Source of the DNA: an uncultured Alphaproteobacteria bacterium
GTDB lineage: Bacteria; Pseudomonadota; Alphaproteobacteria; Rs-D84
Length of the DNA stretch: 64,000 bases
Assembly: GCA_944389525.1 (NCBI GenBank)
Contig: CALXMR010000005.1
Location: forward strand, 362-64,361
Direction: 5' to 3'
Each line of letters begins with the position of its first letter. The first letter of the stretch is position 1. The notes beneath the pieces are model-generated. The model did not search any database. It saw nothing but the letters and a program-made list of their open reading frames with translations, and was not told the origin of the DNA. This document shows positions 10,125 to 19,303 of this stretch, piece by piece. Both the position numbers and the translations under genes were made by a program.

Positions 10125-10294
10125 TCTGGCCTGTATGCCAGGTGTCGCCCAAATGGGCAGCTTTTTATTATATACAGATTTTCTTTTTGTCAGAAAAATA
10201 TGGTGTGGATTTGTCCTTGCGCCGAATCGAGATTTTTTGATAGACTGAATCGAAAAGGATGTAGGGACGAAAATATATAGTACAGGAGCATATA

Positions 10295-11413
10295 ATGGAA
10301 TTTTCAGTATTTCGTCAGGTTTTAATTCGTGCGCTGGGGCATATGCAGTCAATCGTTGAGAAGCGGGCGACACTGCCAATATTGATGAATGTAAAACTGG
10401 AACTGGGGGATGATCTGGTTCTGTCGGCGACAAATGTGGATTTGGAATTGGTTGAACATGTGGCCGCAGATATAACACTGGGTGGGAAAACGACTGTCCC
10501 GGTCCAGATGCTGTATGATATTGTTCGTAAACTGCCTGATGATGCAGAAATCAGTTTCAAGCAATCGGGTGACCAGTTGGTCGTGTCCAGTGGTCGTGCG
10601 GTGTTCCGTTTGCCAACACTGCCGGCGGAAAATTTCCCGGCGATGGCGGGCAGTAATTTGACCACAAAATTCCAGATGACCACTGGCGATTTGGCGCATT
10701 TGATTAATCAGACAAAGTTCGCAATTCCAACAGATGATGTTCGTTATCATTTGGGCGGGATTTATTTCCATATCTCGGACGAAGGTAAAGAAAAGATGCT
10801 GACTGCGGTTGCCACTGATGCACAGCGGATGGCCCTGTGTGCGATGCCGGCCCCGGCGGGCAGTGTGGAAATGCCGGCGGTGATTTTGCCACGGCGCGTG
10901 ATTGGCGAACTGTCTAAATTACTAGAAGATGCGACTGTTGATGATGTGACGGTTGAACTGTCGGATACCAAGGCGCGTTTCACCGTTGGACCAGCAACAT
11001 TAACCAGCAAGTTGGTGGATGCACAATATCCAAACTATCGCGTGGTGATTCCAAAGGGCAATGATAAAATCGCAATTTTAGACAGAAAACAGTTCTTGAA
11101 CGCGGTGGATTTGGTGTCTGTGGCCAGTGTTGATAAAACAAAGTCTGTTCAATTGACTTTTTCTATGAACAAGTTGGTGGTAAATGCGTCCAGTCCAGAT
11201 GCTGGTACCGCAACCCAGGAATTAGATGTTGAATACAATGGCGACAGTGCGTTTACCGTTGTGTTTAATGTAAAATTCTTGATGGATGTCGCCGGCCAGG
11301 TCGAAGGCGAAAAATTCCAGATGGAAATGCAAGATCCGTTATCGCCAACGATTATCAAATCAACAGATAAAAAAACAGACGCCTTGTTCGTGTTGATGCC
11401 GATGCGTATGTGA
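10295..11413 (+). CDS. dnaN: DNA polymerase III beta sliding clamp
   Basis: 372 aa. Three-domain clamp signature. N-term MEFSVFRQVLIRALGHMQSIVEKRATLPILMNVKLEL. Confidence 0.9.
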   Translation: MEFSVFRQVLIRALGHMQSIVEKRATLPILMNVKLELGDDLVLSATNVDLELVEHVAADITLGGKTTVPVQMLYDIVRKLPDDAEISFKQSGDQLVVSSGRAVFRLPTLPAENFPAMAGSNLTTKFQMTTGDLAHLINQTKFAIPTDDVRYHLGGIYFHISDEGKEKMLTAVATDAQRMALCAMPAPAGSVEMPAVILPRRVIGELSKLLEDATVDDVTVELSDTKARFTVGPATLTSKLVDAQYPNYRVVIPKGNDKIAILDRKQFLNAVDLVSVASVDKTKSVQLTFSMNKLVVNASSPDAGTATQELDVEYNGDSAFTVVFNVKFLMDVAGQVEGEKFQMEMQDPLSPTIIKSTDKKTDALFVLMPMRM

Positions 11414-11533
11414 TGAAAAATGGGCGAAAAAATGTATAACAGTTCTGCGCCGGCAGGACTGTTTTTGTTTACAGACGATTCGAATTGCAAATCTGATTTT
11501 TTATGATAACATTGCGCCAGTAAAAAAGGATAT

Positions 11534-12085
11534 ATGATTATGGCAGCAATTGAAGAAATCGCACCAGGTAAAGAACCACCAAAGAAGATGAATGCGATTA
11601 TAGAAGTACCGGAAAACGGACATGTAAAGTATGAAATAGACAAGGCAACTGGCTTGCCACGGGTTGACAGAATACTGCATACGCCCATGGCGTACCCGGC
11701 GAACTATGGTTATTTCCCTGGAACATTGGGGGACGATGGTGACCCGTTGGATTGCGTTGTTGTGTGTAATTCGCCGCTGCGTCCGGGGGTTATTATAGAA
11801 GTGCGACCCATCGGTGCATTGTTGATGGAAGACCAGGCCGGTGGTGATGAAAAAATTATCTGTGTGCCGCGTGATAACATTGATCCGTATTATACAAATA
11901 CAGAATATATTGAACAATTGCCGGCAATTTTGCGGTCAAAGATTGAATATTTTTTCCAGCATTATAAAGATTTGCAGCCAAATTCTTGGTCGCGTGTAAC
12001 CGGGTGGGCTGATCGTGCGGCGGCAGATAAACTGATTATGGACAGTATTGACCGCTATTGGGCGCATAAACGCGCAGGGAAATAA
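11534..12085 (+). CDS. ppa: Inorganic pyrophosphatase
   Basis: Family I PPase motifs (YPANYGYFPGTLGDDGDPLDCVV). Confidence 0.9.
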   Translation: MIMAAIEEIAPGKEPPKKMNAIIEVPENGHVKYEIDKATGLPRVDRILHTPMAYPANYGYFPGTLGDDGDPLDCVVVCNSPLRPGVIIEVRPIGALLMEDQAGGDEKIICVPRDNIDPYYTNTEYIEQLPAILRSKIEYFFQHYKDLQPNSWSRVTGWADRAAADKLIMDSIDRYWAHKRAGK

Positions 12086-12148
12086 AGTTCTTGCGCGGGC
12101 GATGTGGCGGATTTTATAATCTAGAAGTAAAAACAAAGGGGTATGTAA

Positions 12149-12718
12149 ATGGCATCTTATATTGCAAATGATATGCGCGTGGGTTGGGTTATTTCCTATA
12201 ATGGCAAACGTTATTCTGTTATGTCTATTACCAAGGTAAAACCAGGCAAGGGTGGTGCGTTTGTCCAGGCGGATTTGCGCGATATTGATTCTGGTAATAA
12301 AGATAACAATCGTTGGCGCGCCGAAGACAAGGTTGAAAAACTGATGGTCGAAGATATCGAATGTCAATACCTGTATTCTGATGGCACAGATGCATATTTT
12401 ATGAATCTGACAACATATGAACAATTTACGGTATCGGTTGAATCGTTGGGTGAACAGATGAAATTCTTGGCCCCAGAAATGACAGTAAAAGTGAATTTTG
12501 TTGAAGGTCAACCAGTATCGGTATCGTTGCCAAAAACAGTCGTTGCCACAGTCGAAGAAACAGAACCTGCATTAAAGGGGCAAACTGTTTCCAACAGTGG
12601 TGGTAAACCGGCTATCTTGGATAATGGTGTTCGTGTTCAAGTGCCGTTGTTCATCGAACAGGGCGAAAAGATAGTGGTAAATACTGAAACCCTGGAATAT
12701 GTCGAACGCGCAAAATAA
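12149..12718 (+). CDS. efp: Elongation factor P
   Basis: KPGKGGAFVQADLRDIDSGNK loop. 189 aa with three OB/KOW-like domains. Confidence 0.9.
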   Translation: MASYIANDMRVGWVISYNGKRYSVMSITKVKPGKGGAFVQADLRDIDSGNKDNNRWRAEDKVEKLMVEDIECQYLYSDGTDAYFMNLTTYEQFTVSVESLGEQMKFLAPEMTVKVNFVEGQPVSVSLPKTVVATVEETEPALKGQTVSNSGGKPAILDNGVRVQVPLFIEQGEKIVVNTETLEYVERAK

Positions 12719-12733
12719 ATTATAATGGCACAT

Positions 12734-12794
12734 CTGCAAAGGTTGATGGGCGTTCATGTAGCATTTGTACACTTCACACCCATCAACCTTTGCA
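12734..12794. terminator. Long perfect hairpin between convergent efp and fba (17-bp stem tgcaaaggttgatgggcg / cacccatcaacctttgca)
   Basis: Inverted repeat read directly from the sequence. Likely a shared terminator or REP-like element. Confidence 0.4.
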
Positions 12795-12875
12795 TCTATA
12801 CCATTCTAATTTATTTTTTATACACTACGCAAATTTTTTGCCGGCATCTATATCATTCTAATTTATTTTTTATGT
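12791..12875. repeat. Two copies of a 29-bp direct repeat catctata(c/t)cattctaatttattttttat
   Basis: Copies at 12791-12819 and 12846-12874. Confidence 0.6.
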
Positions 12876-12887
12876 CTGTATCGAAAA

Positions 12888-13832
12888 TTAAATTTGGTTG
12901 GTTGAGCCCATGATATTTTTTATTTCATCAATGCAATTTGTGTAAATATTTTTCTGGCCAATGCCCAGGTAATCGCGTGGGTTAAATCCAGATGGCGTGG
13001 CAAACAATGACTGGCGCACGCCCGCGGTAAAGGCCAGGCGAGAGTCACTGTCTACATTTATTTTGCATATGTTCATCTGTACCGCGCGGCGCAATTGTTC
13101 GGCGGGGATTCCGCGGGCGTTGGATATTTGCCCCCCATTTTCGTTTATTGTTTTTACAAATTCTTTGGGAATACTGGATGCGCCATGCAATACCAGTGGA
13201 AACCCAGGTAATTGGTCGGCGATTTTTTGCAAGATATCAAATCGTAATTCTTCGTTATCTGATTTGCGTTTGTATGCGCCATGACTGGTGCCGATTGCAA
13301 TTGCCAGTGAATCAATGTTTGTCGCATTTACAAAATTTACAACACCGTCTGGATTGGTATAACTGGATTCTGTGCCGTGGGTGTTTTCGTCTTCGATTCC
13401 TGACAGGGTGCCCAGTTCCGCTTCGACAGAAACATTATATTTGTGTGCATATTCTGCAACAGTGCGCGCCAGGTCAACATTTGCGTCAAATGGTAATTTT
13501 GATCCGTCTATCATCACGCTGGAAAAACCCAGTTTTATCGCGTTTACGCATGCGTCAAATGATGCGCCATGATCCAGGTGCAGTGCAACGCCGTATTCAG
13601 GTTTTAAGTTTAATCCCCAAATCATTCCCATCAGCAAGTCTGGCCCCATATACTTTAATGCGGATTCCGATACTGCCAATATCACGGGGCTGTGCATGTC
13701 GCGCGCGGCGGAAATAATTGCCGATAATGTTTCCATGTTATAAAAATTAAATGCAGGCACCGCATAGTGGTTCGCGGATGCGTGCGCAAACATTTGATTT
13801 GTGTTAACCAGACCAAAATCTTTGTAATCCAT
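12888..13832 (-). CDS. fba: Fructose-bisphosphate aldolase class II (FbaA/KbaY/GatY family)
   Basis: AVPAFNFYNMETLSAIISAARDMHSPVILAVS N-terminus. Zn-binding His residues. Confidence 0.85.
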   Translation of the reverse strand: MDYKDFGLVNTNQMFAHASANHYAVPAFNFYNMETLSAIISAARDMHSPVILAVSESALKYMGPDLLMGMIWGLNLKPEYGVALHLDHGASFDACVNAIKLGFSSVMIDGSKLPFDANVDLARTVAEYAHKYNVSVEAELGTLSGIEDENTHGTESSYTNPDGVVNFVNATNIDSLAIAIGTSHGAYKRKSDNEELRFDILQKIADQLPGFPLVLHGASSIPKEFVKTINENGGQISNARGIPAEQLRRAVQMNICKINVDSDSRLAFTAGVRQSLFATPSGFNPRDYLGIGQKNIYTNCIDEIKNIMGSTNQI

Positions 13833-14034
13833 GTTCGTGTTCCCTTTGTTGTTGTAAAATTATATCACAATCATTGCAGTGACGCCCGAATAAATTATGG
13901 GAATCTTTGTTGTATTTATTTCTGTAAGAGGTTTTTTATTAAAAACTTGACAATGATAAATTTTGTGCGACAATTTAAGTACGAATCGGGGAGCAGGTCA
14001 GAGAACGGGCAGAGTTTGATAAAGGATAGATAGC

Positions 14035-14406
14035 ATGAAAAAAGTTCTGGTTTTTGCGATTGTGCTGGTCGGATTGGCTGGTTGTGGTGCATATTATGAC
14101 TATTACAAGGGCGGTGTTAGATACACCCAGGATGGTCAGGATTGTATTTATTACGCCGGTGAATATGGCAGCAATTTTTCTAAATATGTTGACGGCATGA
14201 ATACAAACAAGAAAATCGTGTATCGTAATACTCGTTGTGAAGACCTGTATGCGCGTGACACATTTGGTTTGCCGGCGCGTAATGAACGCCAGGTTTTGGC
14301 CCCAGCGGCACAAGAAGTGTCATGTCAGTCTTGTAACGCATGCAACACATGCAGCAATGTACAACCGGTTTTGAAACGCAGATATGTTATCGTTCCTGCT
14401 ATGTAA
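14035..14406 (+). CDS. Cys-rich lipoprotein, function unknown
   Basis: Lipoprotein signal with lipobox VGLAGC. Multiple Cys residues. Confidence 0.5.
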   Translation: MKKVLVFAIVLVGLAGCGAYYDYYKGGVRYTQDGQDCIYYAGEYGSNFSKYVDGMNTNKKIVYRNTRCEDLYARDTFGLPARNERQVLAPAAQEVSCQSCNACNTCSNVQPVLKRRYVIVPAM

Positions 14407-14424
14407 TTTATGCATAGTGGATTT

Positions 14425-14457
14425 ATGGCGGCATCAATTGATGCCGCCATTTTTTAT
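14425..14457 (+). terminator. Rho-independent terminator (atggcggcatcaattgatgccgccat plus T-run)
   Basis: Perfect hairpin followed by TTTTTT. Confidence 0.55.
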
Positions 14458-14526
14458 GTTTGATATGCTTGAACCGTGGGATTTTTTATGATAAAATTAG
14501 TCTAACAGGATAAAAGGGGATTTATT

Positions 14527-14910
14527 ATGAGCAAATTATTAAAACAATTGGGTTTCGCAGGGCTGGCCATTGTGGCGGGTGCATCGATGCCGGCATTTGC
14601 GGCAGCGCCAGGTGGGGTGGCCACTGTGGGAAACAGCGGTCTGTGCGAACTGATTGGCCAGATGCAGGGTGTGTTTAAAATTCTGCGTACATTGGCGTTC
14701 GTTGGTGCGGCGTTTTTGATTGCGCAATGGGCGTGGGGGTACATCAAGGCTGGCGATGTCAAAATGGACGAGTTAAAGGACAAAGGTACTGCGTTGTTGG
14801 TTGGGTTCGTGCTGTTGTTCGGAATTGGATTTTTGTTACAGTTCTTGAGTTCTTCGGCCGGGTTAAGTACCATGGGGTGCGACAATTTAATAACAGGTTG
14901 GAATCAATAA
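14527..14910 (+). CDS. TrbC/VirB2-family type IV secretion pilin-like protein
   Basis: Long signal peptide. Mature part GLCELIGQMQGVFKILRTLAFVGAAFLIAQWAWGYI...FGIGFLLQFL parallels the VirB2 pattern (NICTFILGPFG...GIVAIGISWMFGRA...FGASFLGK) with two hydrophobic helices. Confidence 0.45.
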   Translation: MSKLLKQLGFAGLAIVAGASMPAFAAAPGGVATVGNSGLCELIGQMQGVFKILRTLAFVGAAFLIAQWAWGYIKAGDVKMDELKDKGTALLVGFVLLFGIGFLLQFLSSSAGLSTMGCDNLITGWNQ

Positions 14911-14939
14911 AAAAGGCGGCCGGGTTGGCCGCTTTTTTT
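14909..14939. terminator. Bidirectional terminator (A-run ggcggccgggttggccgc T-run)
   Basis: Hairpin flanked by A-run and T-run between convergent genes. Confidence 0.6.
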
Positions 14940-14973
14940 ATGGGTATAGTGCCCTGGGTGCGACCGGGGATTT

Positions 14974-15198
14974 TTATTTTTGTTCTTCGATATTGGCCAA
15001 TGAAAACAGTACCGATGAAATCAACAGTTGGTATGGGACATGCTGTTTGTCCGCCAGTTCTTTGATTCTTTCCAGAATTTGATGCGGAATGCGCATATTT
15101 ATAACACGATCTGATTTGTTAAATGCGCGATAGGCCGCATATTCTTTTAACAAAGTTTCCATATTCATTACGAATAATTGTTGCATTACATTTGGCAT
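14974..15198 (-). CDS. BrnA/CopG-like ribbon-helix-helix antitoxin-family protein (orphan, no cognate toxin found)
   Basis: KSDRVINMRIPHQILERIKELADKQHVPYQLLISSVLFSLA matches the COG3514/BrnA pattern (RVn-R-lp...YQtlIkxiLhxy). The ATG at 15198 is preferred over the TTG at 15204. Confidence 0.5.
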   Translation of the reverse strand: MPNVMQQLFVMNMETLLKEYAAYRAFNKSDRVINMRIPHQILERIKELADKQHVPYQLLISSVLFSLANIEEQK

Positions 15199-15235
15199 AC
15201 ACAAACCCCTATACTGTTGGCAATACCACCGTCTT

Positions 15236-15277
15236 TACAATGAACTATATCATTGTATTGATGTTTGTCAATACAAA
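15236..15277. promoter_or_regulatory. Two overlapping palindromes upstream of the antitoxin-like gene (tacaatgaactatatcattgta and ttgtattgatgtttgtcaatacaa), candidate operator
   Basis: Perfect inverted repeats 35-75 bp upstream of the minus-strand start. Confidence 0.3.
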
Positions 15278-15460
15278 TGTAATTATGCTTGTAGATACTG
15301 TTGTAATTACTGGTGTGGGGACGGGTGTATATTGGTATGTGTTGGGGTAATTGTTTTTACTTTTTTTATTTTGATGGCCGGGAAAACAGATGCCGGGTCT
15401 TGCATTTTTAATTTTATCCATATAGAATTGTGGATGTAGTTTTGGAAAGGATTTATTACG

Positions 15461-16780
15461 ATGTTTAAACGAATTCTGTATATTATGGTTGCGTGCGTGT
15501 TGTTTGCATTACCTGCGCGGGCGGAATTAAAGGTTGATATTATTGCCGGTGCGGTGGAACCAATATCGGTGGCGATTCAGAAAATAGAACCCGTTGGAAA
15601 TGTTTCCACTGATGATACCAATATGATACGCGATGTGGTAGAGGCGGATTTAAAACGAACAGGTTTGTTCCGTATTGTTTCACGCGATGCATTACCAGAA
15701 TTTGTTGAAATGGGCAAAATGCCGGACTTTCAATTGTGGTCGGCAATAAAGGCCCAAGTTCTGGTCCAGGCGAAACTGGTCGCACAGCCAGGTGGGCGAT
15801 ATAGTTTGGAATTCTATGTTTGGGATGTTGCTGGCAAAGAACAGATAGAAGCACAAAGTCTGGTTGCGTCAAAAAAGTCTGTGCGCCGTTTGGCACATAT
15901 TATGGCCGATGGAATTTATGAACGGCTGACCGGGGAAGTGGGATATTTTGATACCCAGATTGTCTTTATTGCCGAAACAGGGCCGGTAAGCGAACGGGTG
16001 AAACGAATGGCAATTATGGACCAGGATGGTTATGGGTTTAGATATCTGTCAGATAAAGATACTTTTGTTATGTCGCCACATTTTTCGCCAAATATGCAGA
16101 CGATTGTATTCTTGTCATATCGTGATGATGATCCGATGGTTTGGACATTGGATCTGGATACCGGTGAACAGCGGCGTCTGGGCCAGTTTGGCGGGATGAA
16201 TTTCGCGCCGCGTTTTTCACCAGATGGGACAAAAATTGCGTTGTCGTTGGTCAAAAACGGTATTACGCACATATATGAATATGATTTGGGAACAAAAAAA
16301 CTGCGCCAGTTAACGTTTGGGTATTCACTGAATACCAGTCCGTCTTATTCACCAGATGGCAAAAAGATGGCATTTAATTCGGACCGCAGCGGGAACCAGC
16401 AAATTTATGTTCTGGATCTGGAAACGGGCGAAGTTGAACGCATCACATACGGGGCAGGGCGTTATGCCACGCCGGCGTGGTCGCCAGATGGGCAGTTTAT
16501 AGCATTCACCAAAATTGCCGATGATACATTCTATATCGGGATTATGGACCCGCGCGGTAAAAATGAAAAAATCTTGGCCGGTGGCTGGTATATGGAGGCC
16601 CCATCCTGGGCCCCGGGGTCGCGCCGCGTTGTGTACTATGAAACAGAAAAGGCATTGGATGGTTTGGAACGCATCAGTCATATTCGCAGTGTTGATATCA
16701 CCGGCCAGCATATTTATGAAATTGATTTACCCGATGATATTAATGGGGTTGAACCAACATGGTCGCCAAGATTGCCGTAA
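15461..16780 (+). CDS. tolB: Tol-Pal system beta-propeller protein TolB
   Basis: Signal peptide, N-terminal TolB domain, repeated FSPDG/YSPDG/WSPDG beta-propeller blades. Confidence 0.9.
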   Translation: MFKRILYIMVACVLFALPARAELKVDIIAGAVEPISVAIQKIEPVGNVSTDDTNMIRDVVEADLKRTGLFRIVSRDALPEFVEMGKMPDFQLWSAIKAQVLVQAKLVAQPGGRYSLEFYVWDVAGKEQIEAQSLVASKKSVRRLAHIMADGIYERLTGEVGYFDTQIVFIAETGPVSERVKRMAIMDQDGYGFRYLSDKDTFVMSPHFSPNMQTIVFLSYRDDDPMVWTLDLDTGEQRRLGQFGGMNFAPRFSPDGTKIALSLVKNGITHIYEYDLGTKKLRQLTFGYSLNTSPSYSPDGKKMAFNSDRSGNQQIYVLDLETGEVERITYGAGRYATPAWSPDGQFIAFTKIADDTFYIGIMDPRGKNEKILAGGWYMEAPSWAPGSRRVVYYETEKALDGLERISHIRSVDITGQHIYEIDLPDDINGVEPTWSPRLP

Positions 16781-17184
16781 AACTGTGTCTGGTGTTTGGA
16801 CTGGCCCTGGGGATTGGGGCGGCCCACGCGGTGCCAGCAACGGTTGATTATATCATCGATGGTGATACTTTTGCGGCGCGTGTGATGTTGGCGGACGATG
16901 TACAGATAACGGTGCGGGTGCGTATATCTAATGTTGATACGCCAGAATTACATGGTATGTGTGATACAGAAATCGAAATGGCCAATCGTGCGCGGTCGCG
17001 TCTGGGGCAGTTATTGCCAATCGGCAGCGCTGTGGAATTAACAGGTATTCGTGATGATAAATATTTGGGACGGATAGATGCGCGGGTTTTTGATAATATG
17101 GGACGTGATATCGGGGCGATGTTGATAGCAGAAGATTTAGGGCGCCCATATGATGGTGGACGGCGTGCGTCATGGTGCGAATAA
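16759..17184 (+). CDS. Secreted thermonuclease (SNase-like)
   Basis: Signal peptide then DGDTFAARV...VRISNVDTPE...GRIDARV motifs. 22-nt overlap with tolB. Confidence 0.75.
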   Translation: MVAKIAVKLCLVFGLALGIGAAHAVPATVDYIIDGDTFAARVMLADDVQITVRVRISNVDTPELHGMCDTEIEMANRARSRLGQLLPIGSAVELTGIRDDKYLGRIDARVFDNMGRDIGAMLIAEDLGRPYDGGRRASWCE

Positions 17185-17218
17185 AAAAATGGGCCAGTTT
17201 GCCCATTTTTTTATTTTC
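17185..17218. terminator. Bidirectional terminator (atgggccagtttgcccat flanked by A and T runs)
   Basis: Hairpin plus T-run between convergent genes. Confidence 0.55.
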
Positions 17219-17924
17219 ATGCGCTGTGGCGATTTATTGCCGCGCTGATTTCATCCAGTGACGCATTGCACGGCAACAGTGGTTCAAACCATACATTTGC
17301 GGTACCACTGTGCATTCTGCCGTGTTTGGGCCAGTACAGGCCGGCATCTGTGCCAACTGGCAAGATGGGTAATTTTAACTGGTGTGCTAAAAATAACAAT
17401 CCACGCCGCAGTGGAATGTGTTGACCTGGCTTTGCGCGCGTACCTTCGGGGAAAATTATTAATGTTTTGCCATCGCGAATTTTCTTTTCAACGGCATGGG
17501 TTAATTTCTGCATATTTGTTGCGCCGCGTGCACGGTTCACCGGTTGCAGTCCCATGCGCCAAAATGCCCACCCATAAATAGGAATCCATAACAGTTCGCG
17601 TTTTATAATAAAAAATGAATCTGGGATATGGGTTGACAACACGGCGATTTCCAGTATGGACATATGCTTTGCCGCAATAATTGATTTGCCGTCAACGCGC
17701 ATGTTTTCGTTAGGCACGCTGGGGATGCCATTTTCTTCGGCCGGTGGAAAGTGGATAACATATTTTATTCCGGCAACCAATCGCGCCAGTAATAACACCC
17801 CAGACGCACATGTTAATACGAAAAATCTGTTTACGCGATTGGATATCAAACCAACCAATAATATTGGTGACCATAATATGAAATATAATGCCAACAGTAT
17901 TTTAAAGATAATTGTTCTGAACAT
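17217..17924 (-). CDS. plsC: 1-acyl-sn-glycerol-3-phosphate acyltransferase
   Basis: HxxxxD-class acyltransferase with FPEGTR motif (IIFPEGTRAKPG). Confidence 0.8.
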   Translation of the reverse strand: MFRTIIFKILLALYFILWSPILLVGLISNRVNRFFVLTCASGVLLLARLVAGIKYVIHFPPAEENGIPSVPNENMRVDGKSIIAAKHMSILEIAVLSTHIPDSFFIIKRELLWIPIYGWAFWRMGLQPVNRARGATNMQKLTHAVEKKIRDGKTLIIFPEGTRAKPGQHIPLRRGLLFLAHQLKLPILPVGTDAGLYWPKHGRMHSGTANVWFEPLLPCNASLDEISAAINRHSA

Positions 17925-17954
17925 TCGTTTTACTTCCTTTGTTTGTTTAAAATT

Positions 17955-18464
17955 CTAGCCCTCTTTGATTCCAAAAAGTGTCACGATATATTTTATATAC
18001 TCAACCAGCCATCGTTCAAGTCTTTTTGCCGGCGGCATACCAACCAGCGGCACAGCACATGTTATGATTTCTGTATCAGGTAATTCGTGCGAAATCAGGT
18101 ATTTTGCGCGGTTCATGTGTTCTTCGGTTGTGATTATAACGATTCTGTCCAGGCCGGCACGTGATACAATATCACGAATTGCACATGCATTTTGATATGT
18201 CGATTTCGAATCGGATTCGATTGTTACACGGCGCGCCATTTCATAGTTGTTTGCAACGCCGGCGCCAATAATGTATAAATCGGTGTCAGAATGTTGACGC
18301 ATTTGACGCATGGCAAATGGAATACGGCGAATGTCGCCCGTCAGAACAAATATGCTGTCATCGTGACGAATGCCGTCACATCCGCGTGGGGCGGCAAGTT
18401 TAAAAGCAATTCCGCCAACAACAAAGGCACAGATTATCAGCAAAGACGGGGTTAGTATTTTCAT
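17955..18464 (-). CDS. DUF218/YdcF (ElyC/SanA-like) family protein
   Basis: N-terminal TM. Start at MKILTPS (ATG 18464-18462), overlapping the ftsX stop by 1 nt (TAATG). Confidence 0.55.
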   Translation of the reverse strand: MKILTPSLLIICAFVVGGIAFKLAAPRGCDGIRHDDSIFVLTGDIRRIPFAMRQMRQHSDTDLYIIGAGVANNYEMARRVTIESDSKSTYQNACAIRDIVSRAGLDRIVIITTEEHMNRAKYLISHELPDTEIITCAVPLVGMPPAKRLERWLVEYIKYIVTLFGIKEG

Positions 18465-19303
18465 TAACTGTTTTTTAATATGTTTATTGTTGTGCGGCGG
18501 GTTATCCATATCGCAAATATCGTGATTGCAATCGGTAACAGTACCAGTGCAATCCATCCCCACCCAGAAATATCTAGCATCGCCATCAGGCCAACGCGTG
18601 CACTGTGCGCCGCCCCAAGTATCAGCAACAATACCGGCGCGGCAATAATAAAACCAATCGCCCCCGCCACGGTACATATTTTTGCAATAATAACCTGCAT
18701 CTGGTGGGCGACATAAGAATCACGCGCGCCAATTTGATTTAATATTTCCAGTTCGCGCCGATGCAACAGTGCCGTGTTGCGCGCAATGTACGAAATGCAT
18801 ACGCCAATCGTTCCCAATACTAACAACAGCACAAATGACGATATGAAAATCATTTTCCACCCGGCCGATGTCGAATGTGATAATGCCTGGGCATGGGTTA
18901 AAAACCGTGCGTGTGGTGATATCTCTTTGCCGATTTTGTCCAGGTCGTCTGGTGATACAAATTCTATTTCATACATCTGGGGCAGATAATTTTCCAATGC
19001 ACTGCCACCCGAAATCCACGGGCGCATTAAATCGTGCATCTGGTCAGTGGTGATTTCGTTTACACTGGTAATTTTATCGCGATTATCATCAATAATTTTC
19101 TTTATCGTATCTGTGTTTTTTGTGTCCATTATCTGGACTGTGGCGTATAAATCCCATTGCGCGTTCCAGCGTACAACACCTGTTCCAATCGCCAGCGCAA
19201 TCCCCAATGCCAAGACAGATAAAAATGTCAGCAGTGACATAATTGCCGTCATAAAGATGGATTGTTCGCGTACCAGTGAAAATACAATAGGCTTTTTAAT
19301 CAT
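18464..19303 (-). CDS. ftsX: Cell division ABC transporter permease FtsX-like
   Basis: Four-TM permease with large periplasmic loop, immediately downstream of ftsE. Confidence 0.8.
   Translation of the reverse strand: MIKKPIVFSLVREQSIFMTAIMSLLTFLSVLALGIALAIGTGVVRWNAQWDLYATVQIMDTKNTDTIKKIIDDNRDKITSVNEITTDQMHDLMRPWISGGSALENYLPQMYEIEFVSPDDLDKIGKEISPHARFLTHAQALSHSTSAGWKMIFISSFVLLLVLGTIGVCISYIARNTALLHRRELEILNQIGARDSYVAHQMQVIIAKICTVAGAIGFIIAAPVLLLILGAAHSARVGLMAMLDISGWGWIALVLLPIAITIFAIWITRRTTINILKNS

Noticed and set aside
10125-10294. DnaA boxes or oriC upstream of dnaN
   Set aside because: Only a 7/9 match (tgtggattt) was found. No dnaA gene or box cluster was visible, so no origin call is made.
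15123-15350. Plus-strand ORF or a BrnT-like toxin partner for the antitoxin-like gene
   Set aside because: The plus ORF is antisense to the antitoxin start and promoter. Minus-strand translation of 15205-15460 gives only a 32-codon ORF.
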